A DNA stretch of 64,000 nt from Tubulanus polymorphus (lineage: Eukaryota > Animalia > Nemertea). The stretch lies in contig NC_134027.1 in the NCBI RefSeq assembly GCF_964204645.1, positions 2,140,485-2,204,484 on the forward strand. Direction: 5' to 3'. Each line of letters opens with the position of its first letter. The first letter of the stretch is position 1. The position numbers were made by a program, and so were the translations under genes. This document shows, one piece after another, positions 37,462 to 48,000 of this stretch. The notes below the pieces were generated by a model. The model saw nothing but the letters and a program-made list of their open reading frames with translations, did not search any database and was not told the origin of the DNA.

Positions 37462-37765
37462 CAGAGATGCCGACCAATATCTCCATCAATTCGGGACTTT
37501 CAGTGATTGTTACCCTCGAGTTAGCGCAGTTCCGTAGATGCTGACCAATTTCTCCGTCAAATTGGGACTTTCAGTGTTTGTTACCGCTAGTTAGCGTAGT
37601 TCCAGAGATGCCGACCAATTTCTCCGCCAAATTGGGACTTTCAGTGTTTGTTACCACGAGTTATCATAGTTCCAGAAATGCCGAACAATGTCTCCGTCAA
37701 ATCAGGACTTTCAGTGTTTGTTACTGCGAGTTAGCCTAGTTCCAGAGATGCCAAACAATTTCTCT
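37462..37765. repeat. ~70-bp tandem repeat, ~4 copies, with CCAAT and GGGACTTTC
   Basis: Unit agagatgccgaccaatttctccgtcaaattgggactttcagtgtttgttaccgctagttagcgtagttcc. Confidence 0.9.
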
Positions 37766-39354
37766 GAGGCTGATGGCTTCAGGGATAGGTTGAATGTAAA
37801 TACACATTGTACATCTATTGGAAAATAAATATGAACTGATGGTTTGATTGGCTGGTTTGTTGTTGAATCTGATTGTGGGTTATTAATTACTGATGTGCTG
37901 CGACTTAGCGTTTTATATGCATACATTTCAAAGGGCTTCTCTTGTTTTTGTTGTGCTGGTTAAATTATTTTGTAAATGATAATTGAGGATGTCAAACTTT
38001 GGTTTAGAGTTTTGTTACAGTGATGAATGAATAAACTGTATATGTGGAGATTATGTACTTGTGACTGCGTTTGTTTTTGTAAATACATTTATTTTTTTAA
38101 AATGATTGTTTTTGTGTTGCATCTCATTCTGACGATGTTAAACTCTTACTCAAGATACACAGTTTGCTCTTGACTTGTTTGATTATTATATTGATGAATA
38201 CATTGATTTTATGGTGTTTGATTATCTGTTGAACTATGAATACCATTTGAACTACTAACCACTAGTTGTTTTAACATCAGTATCATTAATGGTCAGTTGT
38301 TCTCTACAAATTATGTGTTATTATTTCCTTATATAATGTACGGTGGACTCTCCAGTCACTTTTATCTTGGAGTAATGATTTTCCAAGCTTACATCAATTT
38401 GGACATAAAAGAATTTCAATGCAAATAGTTCAATGTCTTTATCTGCAGGTGACAATTATCACCTTGTCTTTATTGATTCGAGTTAGTCAAGTCTATTGTA
38501 CATGGATTCTTTTTTCTCTGGAAGTGAATTAAATGAAACGGGACGACAGTTGAACCCCATTAATACGATTGTGTTTAGGACGAAAACCGTTTATTACGAT
38601 CAGATTTTCGGCATGTCCCGGCTAATTTACATCGATCCATATTTTGATAATACGACAATTTCACTTTCAACCATAAGATTTGTATTTAACTAAGGATCCA
38701 CTGTAAAATGAGGACTTCAAACCATTCTCACTGATGTAGAGACTTTCTTTTATTAAAGTTTTCAGTCTGGCCCGATTACTCATAAATTATGCATGTATCA
38801 ATCTGCCGCAGCTTGGCACTACCCTATCTGCTGAGGATACTCCAGTACCTACCCATACCCTTCAGACACTCGTTTAGACTTTAGACCTTCTACATAATCT
38901 GAAGTACTCGCTCTTCAAAGACAGCTTGAACCCTCCTCCCACCCCCTTTCAGATAGAATGTCTGGGGTCCAGGCAACAGATCGACACCTTTCTCTTGGCT
39001 TTGAGTAATCAGACCGACCTTGTCTGATTACTCTTTTTTTATATCTTAAGTTTATTTGCCGTAAAAGCTGAGCGGCCGGTTGTAGCTCCATAACAAACTA
39101 AATCACACCCACTGGAGTCAGGTGGGGGACTGATCAGTTTTAGAAAATAGAATATTTGAATAAGGTCTGAGACTTTCATTTATTTGACTATTTATGCAGC
39201 TATCAACCTGCATTTTGGACACTGATTCCCTGCCATTAATGGAATAATTAATTTGTCTTTTCGCAATTGTTTCCTTAAATACATTTTGTTCTACACTGAA
39301 AAATAACTGTGTCAGGTACGAACTCCATCGATAGTTGCTCGAGCTGTTTCTGAT

Positions 39355-39500
39355 AGGGCCTGATGCTGAAGTAGACGATGAGCTGGGGTGTCCCAGTAAT
39401 TATTCAGAGTGGTCCTGATGCAGACAAAAAGGACATGTAAAGGTGTTCTGGGTTCGAACGTAGATACCACTTATACTGGGAATGATCCTAATGTTGAAAT
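39355..39500. repeat. Diverged copy of the 8585-10060 repeat family
   Basis: ggggtgtcccagtaattattcagagtggtcctgatgc..ctgggttcgaac; inverted relative to 8585-8830 and direct relative to 9760-10060. Confidence 0.75.
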
Positions 39501-40107
39501 GAAGTTAAATAGGACTGTACGATACAATTATACATATAACTATTATCGCCACCGATTGGAATTTCGATAAACTATCAAATAGCTAGAATTAACCGTTGTA
39601 AATATTTGTAATGTACCACATTTCACAAGCGCCATCTATCGGAATATGGAATAAAATTTCATCTATAACTTAATGGAGAAGAAAAATCACAATTATTCTC
39701 AGGAATAGAATTTTGCTGCTATGTTAGGTAATTAATGATAACGATGATACAAGTTTTTGTAAAAATTAAATTAAATGATTCCAAGCGGCGCTGTTTTTAT
39801 TTGCAATCTATAATTTATTACGATTAACGTGCTATATGTTTCTTCTAATTTCTTTGCACTTCACTTTCTGTGTTACATTTGCATACGTATTTCTATACAT
39901 TGTTTGCATCAATAAATATGAATGCACTTGTGTTAAATAACAAGTCCTTATCGCATCGTAATTAAACTGGCTATCGGCTTGCTCACACCTAAATGGGAGG
40001 TGACGAAGAGATGAGGAGAGCACGCCGCAATTGCTCATTACGTCAATATAAAACATTCGACACATTTTCTAAACTCATTTTGGTAACATGCGTGAGGCCT
40101 AGCCTAG

Positions 40108-41416
40108 ATTGCAGCAGTTGAACAGGCCTCTCAGGGCAGGTGATAGGCAGAAGTCAAACTGCAGCAGTTGAACTGGCCTCTCAGGGCAGGTTGATTTCTG
40201 CAGAATGAAACTGGCCTCTCCAGGGCAGGTGATATCAGAACTCAAACAGCAGCAGTTAAACTGGCCTCTCAGGGCAGGTTGATAAGTCAAACTGCAGCAG
40301 TTGAACAGGCCTCTCAGGGCAGGTGATATCAGAAGTCAAACTGCAGCAGTTGAACTGGCCTCTCAGGGCAGGTTGATTTCTGCAGAATGAAACTGGCCTC
40401 TCAGGGCAGGTTGATTTCTGAAGAATGAAACTGGCCTCTCAGGGCAGGTTGATATCGGAAGTCAAACTGCAGCAGTTGAACTAGACTCTCAGGGCAAGTT
40501 GATATCTGCAGAATGAAACTGGCCTCTCAGGGCAGGTGATATCAGAACTCAAACAGCAGCAGTAAAACTGGCCTCTCAGGGCAGGTTGATTTCTGCAAAA
40601 ATGAAAGTGGCTTGATATCAGAAGCGGAATGAGGTTGATATCAGAAGTCAAACTGCAGCAGTTGAACAGGCCTCTCAGGGCAGGTGATATCAGAAGTCAA
40701 ACTGCAGCAGTTGAACTGGCCTCTCAGGGCAGGTTGACGACAGTAGACTACGTATATAATTGCACCCGCAGGGCTGATCAGATTAGATTCAATTGCGTAT
40801 GCCTTATTGCATGTGGCAACTATAATTATGCCATTGTCATTAGATAAAGTATAAAACTGATTAAAGTTGGCCTGCGCTCAGGTAATTAACCTAACGAAAA
40901 ATAATATGACATATGATCAACCAACCCTTACCCCGGAGAAGAAAAATATGATCAGCAGAATTACAAAAGAGTTTCTGCGAAAGCAGTAGACAACCCCGAA
41001 AAATTCACTGTTGAATTAGAATATACAGCATATTGAAACGCACTAATATCAGTGGACGACACAAATTGTTTATGTAGGCCTATAGGATATTTGAATAATT
41101 AAATTAATGCTTTGAAATTTATATAATCACCATAACTTTTCGTCGTCGGTTAACTACATAACTTTTTAAAAATACATTTCTTATTATGAATGAATTTTAA
41201 TTGAAATATTACTTTCGTTTTATTTGTGTCGATATATCAATACGTTTAATTTATTTCATTTTAATCCATTTAATTTCATGACTCGATAATGTGCATGTCA
41301 AACATCGGCGAGATAGTTCGCCGTTTCATCAGAATTATAGCACAGTTTTCCATTTATACTGCTTAATTGCGCCAATGGCCTCTCAGGGCAGGTCTGCGGA
41401 TTCTTAAGAATGACCC
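40108..41416. mobile_element. Left-truncated non-autonomous TIR element carrying a composite ~39/51-bp minisatellite (40108-40737)
   Basis: Core ggcctctcagggcagg occurs in every unit and again next to the right end (..gggcaggtctgcggattcttaagaatgaccc). That end has the same design as the end of the neighbouring element. No left TIR found. Confidence 0.6.
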
Positions 41417-41452
41417 TTCTCGAATAAAGTGATAGCTTCATGTAGGTTCAAG

Positions 41453-44400
41453 GAGTGGGGTCTGTCTGCAGAGTGCGCAGGGGGCCGCTGCGGCCCCCTG
41501 CGCTCAATGGGTGCGCAGGGGGCCGGGTATTGTAAAGTGAGAACTGGTATGTGATGCTAGACGAAACGATGATTTTTTAGCAATAATGCAGAAATTTATT
41601 TTAACTCGCGTTTTTAAATAGAAAAACAATTAAGCTGATTTAATTTTGATTTTTGAGCTAGAACTTTTATATATGCTTAATCATATAATTCAAAATCGTA
41701 GATATAGGATTGATATTGTTACTATGAAAATTAAGGTCAATCGCGCCGGGGGCCGTCCTCTACGTACATAACTCGGTTTTTTAAACTCCTGAATTTCCCA
41801 TTCACCATGTCGTCGTTTTTCAACAGCAAAAAATAGTCGTCCAAAATAAGATGAAAGCTGAGAAAATGCGAGTTTCACTGTTCATTTATTTATTTGACAT
41901 ACATATTCGATTGACACTTAAACATCATAAGTATCAGAGGCGGCTCGATAATTGGTAATAGCATAATAACGATAATACATACACATCACTGACTTAAATA
42001 TTCATACATGTAAATTGAAGCTCACGTATCTTGTTGTACTGGATTTTATAGATCGCTTGATTTCATAGATCACAGACTTAATAAAATATTTATACACATG
42101 GATATTATAGATCGCTTGATTTCTAATCTCGATATCTTTAATTTGTATCATAATACTTTCGATAATTGGCGATAACATGATAATGATAATACATACATTT
42201 CTCTGACTTAATAAAATATTTATACATATGGATATTATAGATCGCTTGATTTCCGATTTCAATATTCTTAATCTGTACCGTAATATTTTCGAAATAGATT
42301 ATATACGTCAACTAACGACTTTGCTTCAGTCCGTCGGCATATTGCGTCACTGTTTTCATAAGGTAGTCCATTGTAAATGCTAACGATGTAGACGAGAGCT
42401 TCCTTGTGTAAAACGTCATTCGAATAATAACTGGATAAGCTGAAATGAATCATCAGGAAATTAAATTTAACCCTAACCCTGCGCACCTATCTAGCAGAAG
42501 ACAAGTATAACTATTTACGCTATTAAACCGCGGCCCCCTGCGCACCTATCTAGCAGAAGTCAAGTAAAACTATTTACACTACTAAAACGCGGCCCCCTGC
42601 GCACATATCTAGCAGAAGACAAGTAAAACTATTTACACTACTAAAACGCGGCCCCCTGCGCACCTATCCAGCAGAAGACAAGTAAAACTATTAAAACTTT
42701 TAAAACGCGGCCCCCTGCGCACATATCCAGCAGTAGACAAGTAAAACTATGGTAAAACTATTAAACCGCGGCCCCCTGCGCACCTATCCAGCAGAAGACA
42801 AGTAAAACTATTAAAACTTTTAAAACGCGGCCCCCTGCGCACCCATCCAGCAGAAGACAAGTATAACTATTTACACTACTAAAACGCGGCCCCCTGCGCG
42901 CATATCTAGCAGAAGACAAGTAAAACTATTTACACTATTAAAACGCGGCCCCCTGCGCACCTATCCAGCAGAAGACAAGTAAAACTATTTACGCTATTAA
43001 AACGCGGCCCCCTGCGCACATATCCAGCAGAAGTCAAGTAAAACTATTTACACTACTAAAACGCGGCCCCCTGCGCGCATATCTAGCAGAAGTCAAGTAA
43101 AACTATTAAAACTTTTAAAACGCGGCCCCCTGCGCACCCATCCAGCAGAAGACAAGTAAAACTATTTACACTATTAAAACGCGGCCCCCTGCGCACCTAT
43201 CCAGCAGAAGACAAGTATAACTATTTACGCTATTAAAACGCGGCCCCCTGCGCACCTATCCAGCAGAAGTCAAGTAAAACTATTTACACTACTAAAACGC
43301 GGCCCCCTGCGCGCATATCTAGCAGAAGTCAAGTAAAACTATTTACACTACTAAAACGCGGCCCCCTGCGCGCATATCTAGCAGAAGACAAGTAAAACTA
43401 TTTACACTATTAAAACGCGGCCCCCTGCGCACCTATCTAGCAGAAGACAAGTAAAACTATTAAAACTTTTAAAACGCGGCCCCCTGCGCACCTATCCAGC
43501 AGAAGACAAGTAAAACTATTTACACTATTAAAACGCGGCCCCCTGCGCACCTATCCAGCAGAAGACAAGTAAAACTATTAAAACTTTTAAAACGCGGCCC
43601 CCTGCGCACCTATCCAGCAGAAGACAAGTAAAACTATTAAAACTTTTAAAACGCGGCCCCCTGCGCACATATCCAGCAGTAGACAAGTAAAACTATGGTA
43701 AAACTATTAAACCGCGGCCCCCTGCGCACCTATCCAGCAGAAGACAAGTAAAACTATTAAAACTTTTAAAACGCGGCCCCCTGCGCACCCATCCAGCAGA
43801 AGACAAGTAAAACTATTTACACTATTAAACCGCGGCCCCCTGCGCACCTATCCAGCAGAAGACAAGTAAAACTTAGTAAAACTATTAAACCGCGGCCCCC
43901 TGCGCACCTATCCAGTAGAAGACAAGTAAAACTTAGTAAAACTATTAAACCGCGGCCCCCTGCGCACCTATCCAGCAGAAGACAAGTAAAACTTAGTAAA
44001 ACTATTAAACCGCGGCCCCCTGCGCACCTATCCAGCAGAAGACAAGTAAAACTTAGTAAAACTATTAAACCGCGGCCCCCTGCGCACCTATCCAGCAGAA
44101 GACAAGTAAAACTTAGTAAAACTATTAAACCATGTCATTTTCTATCATCGTACTGAAACTTCGCAATTCTTTATCTAAGAAACTAACGTCACATGGAATT
44201 AGGGGTACAAACTAGGGTTAATACACTGTTACACAGTATAAAACAAAGAGATTAATTAAGCTGTGATTAAGATGTGATGCACACTAATATACAGCATGAA
44301 GACAGTTACAAACTTAACAAATCTTAATGATGAGAGCAAACTAGGGCGTAATTATACAATAGTTAAGAATCAAATAGAAATATAGCGGGGCAATTAATCA

Positions 44401-44923
44401 ACAACTTAACAATGAAACAGTAGATCAAAAAGTAAATTATGTACCGTATCAAGTAGGTTTAACAGAAATGCAAAGTAATCTATTAGAAACAAGCTTTTTG
44501 AAAAACCCTTGGAGTCAATAACGCAGTTTTATATTTTATGCTCCATGTAGCAGCAGCAGCAGCAGCAGCAGCAGATAGATAAAAATATTCACGCGGCCCC
44601 CTGCGCGCCTCTCCAGCAGCAGCAGCAGATAGATAAAAATTCGTAGATTCGGTGGAGTATTTTGATAAATAATATATACTCTGTATACTGTTCTTAGTGT
44701 ACCATTTTATGCGCATCTCGATGGTAAAATCATAAACTGGTTGATGGTGGTTATGCATTTGATTAATTGGTAGAAGTAGGAGTAGTTTCATATCGCATAC
44801 TACTATGTATATGTATTGCCGTTTCGTAAATAATATCGTTTGGTTTTCACTTTATTAAAGCGGCCCCCTGCGCGCGGCCTCCTGCGCACGGCCCCGTGCG
44901 CACTCTGCAGTTTGATATGACTC
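41453..44923. mobile_element. 3.47-kb non-autonomous TIR transposon (MULE/Foldback-like) with a 59-60-bp satellite (~28 copies, 42477-44131)
   Basis: GAGT...ACTC ends with imperfect TIRs sharing ctgcagagtgcgca.ggggccg. Exact 8-bp TSD GGTTCAAG at 41445-41452 and 44924-44931. The satellite core gcggccccctgcgcac equals the TIR motif. Confidence 0.88.
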
Positions 44924-45040
44924 GGTTCAAGTGTCAACACAAAAAATCATTTCCGGGTTGTCGAAAATCATGAAAATAATGCAATAACTGCTAAACCGAT
45001 TATTGTCAGCGATTCGTGATTGATTTTATAAGCTGTAAAG

Positions 45041-48000
45041 ATGTTTAAGAATCTTTTCAAAGGGAAAGAAAACGAAAAGGTTCAGTATTTTCACTAATTA
45101 TTCGCTTGCATTAGTTCCTGCTGTCAAATTAGACGTACTAATTACTGACAAGAAACAACGAAAGTCCGACGATTTAATCTATCATTACCGTCTTCTATCT
45201 ATCTATCCGCCATTTTTCGTTTTAGGCAAGTTCTCCTAAGCGATTAAGTCCACAGAAAGAACCTAACAGTAACAGTAGCCCGGCACAAGTAAGGATAACT
45301 ATCTGAAAAGTTAATAAAACTAGGACAGATTGAATGAATAGGTAGGCGTGTTCTGTTATTCCTTTGATATTGATTTCATCTCTCTTACAGGGATTCATTT
45401 GCCCGAAATGTCATCTAAATCAACCATCAGTAGAAAGTTTGCAGGCTCATTTCCCAACATGTTCAGGAGAAAGAGAGACGTTTCCAATTGCAGACAAGGT
45501 ACGTAATCAAACATATCAATACCAGACATAAACTGAAAAATATGTCATCATTTTTAAAAGGAAAGTATTATTTGAGCCTCTGTTTGTGTTGAAGTTTTGT
45601 GTGAGCTTTTAGAATGTGATGGTTTATTAGAAAGGCTATCAAAGAGCTTTGGGTCTTGTTTTTTGCTCTCAACCAGTCTGATTGCATTAATATAAAGATT
45701 CCATTCTAAGAAGGAAAAACGAAGCCTTACTGTGGAATTTTTATATCATCGCTTTAACAAAGATTCAGAGTGTTTCGTCAATTGCTATCATTGATTGCAG
45801 TGTCAACCAGGCCCAAAAATTACTAGCTGCGTTTACAAGGATTTTCATACTAAAAGATAATATCTATATTTTTATTACAGGCACAAACAGTAAGATAACA
45901 AATCATTTTCTGTATTTCGCTTCGTATTAGAATGGCAAAAGTACTGTTGGTGGTGTATTCTCTATAGATAATTATTAATGATTTTGGAACATCATGTTGA
46001 CGAAATGTATCTGGCTCTAGATATGAAGAATATATAAAGACCTTTTATCAATGTTACAAACTGTTTACAGTCGACATCATAACAGCTCTGTCAGCCATCC
46101 TTCTATTGATTCTGAATTAAACGTTTTATGCTGTGCAATAAATAACCAGTGACTGCTTTTAGTGACTAATATTGTGTTAACACTATTAATTGCTGGTGTT
46201 CCTTTACTGCTGTTGTATATTAGGAGCTATCTCTTAACGTGTACTGGGAAATAGGCTTCGAGATAAAGATTGCACTAGATTTGTTTATCCATGATACCTT
46301 TAATTTTCTATTGTGCAAATGTCAAATTGTTGGAAATCTTTGATTTTTTAGGGATTTATTTGTCCAATTTGTATGATGGAGTTGAATTCGGATGATCAGT
46401 TAAAGCATCATTATGATCTCGAACATGGTGGAAGTTTTAGCACTAGTGCAAACCGGTAATTCAACAAGTTGTTTTGATTGAGATTTCTATGTTGACTTGT
46501 TACACCCAAAGGTGTGAAATATTTGAGATACAATTTTATTATTAAATTATACACATGAATAACTTTCAGAGATGGAGATGTTTTGGCTCTTAGACAAGAA
46601 TTAGATGATCTCAGAACCTCTTTAAAAGTAAGATTCAGTTGTATAACGTTTTACTCATTCTAATTTGCAATGCCTCGGGTTGTTCTCAAAATGCATCTCC
46701 ATGTCTTTAGGAGGAAAAATGGTATTCAACGGAACTAAAAAAAGAGGTTGACAAATTGCAAGAAACGATGACTCCAGAAGAACAAGCTGATTTTGGTGAT
46801 AGAGAAATGTTTAGACAACAGCTTAAAGTGTCTGAAGAAAGCAGAGGTCTATGTATGTACAGCACAGCAAACAATTACCAGTACAGATCACTTTTCATGT
46901 TATTCTTTTCTATTTTTCCACAGTATCATCAGAGGTTATACTACTGAGAAAACAGTATTCCGAAGCTCTTGAACTGAATTCGAATTTGAAAATCGAAAAA
47001 GAAAAGCTTCAACAGAAAGCTGCCAAAGTTGTAAGTCTGATAATACATATATGGCTCCATATACATGTTATGTAATATTTTTACTGATGATTTCCTTTTA
47101 TTTTTGTGGTAAAAAGGCCGGTGAAATAGTAGAATATAAAGCGAGATTAGATGAAACCGATGGTCAGAGATTAGGATTACAAGAACATATTGATGTTGTT
47201 GAGGTGAGCACCTGTTGTTATTTAAGAATGAGCCGGTTGTGTGCACATCTTGTGAATTGATTGTTAATGATATCGTGTTATAATTTCAGTTGAAAATTAA
47301 AGAAAAAGAAAGCACAATAGCAGAATTAGAAAGTCAACTAGCGCAAAGGTATAAACATAGTGATAAAAAAACACAAATGAACTGATTTCAGTTGATCAAC
47401 CCTATTAAAACTAGACTCACATTCCGGTATTTAGTGCTTGAATTACTTCTGTTTGAGATTAATACATTTTGTTCTATCATTCTATCAATAATTATAGATG
47501 GTAAGTATATCCTCGGTTTGTGTGGTTACTATAAGAAATTACTCATCTCTGAACCCTAAGTGTTTTGGATTCTAGGGGCTTTGGGCTAGTAGCATTGTGT
47601 GTCTATTACCAACATAGATATGATATCGGGTGTAAGATATGAGGGTACTATTGAGTTAAAGGTTTATTGCATCACACAAACCTGATACCTACTTGTACTA
47701 CATATTTGTAAGCATTGTGGCTTGAATCTATATACCCCTACTATAGCAATTATTTTTTGCTTTATCTAAGTGAAAACCAGTTGCAGATGATGGACATGAT
47801 TCTTGTTTGCTGACAAGACATAGATTTTGATATGCTGTGGTGTGTGGTTTTACGTGTCTATTATTCATTTTTAGGCCTCACGTTGATGATGTCGTTGTGC
47901 TACAACAAGAACTGCGATCAGTTCAAACTGTCATGGATAAACTCACTCTGGAAAAAGAAGCTGAAAGTGAAAATCTAAAACACGAATACTCAGAGCTAGA

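Larger units (their letters stand above)
8585..39500. mobile_element. Decayed endogenous adenovirus-like viral element (boundaries approximate)
   Basis: Collinear minus-strand remnants resemble pIIIa, penton base, pTP and protein-primed DNA polymerase. An E1A-like spliced ORF with a promoter sits at the left, and related repeats occur near both ends. By-eye alignments only. Confidence 0.7.

Noticed and set aside
38339-38705. Tc1/pogo-type MITE (TA-CGGTGGA...TCCACTG-TA)
   Set aside because: The terminal match is only about 8 bp, which is not enough to call.
39003-39041. 12-bp perfect hairpin plus T-run resembling a bacterial terminator
   Set aside because: Eukaryotic context with no upstream gene; function is unsupported and it may be a transposon end.
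12515-44131. CRISPR-like arrays
   Set aside because: Units are head-to-tail with no unique spacers, there are no cas genes and the context is eukaryotic.
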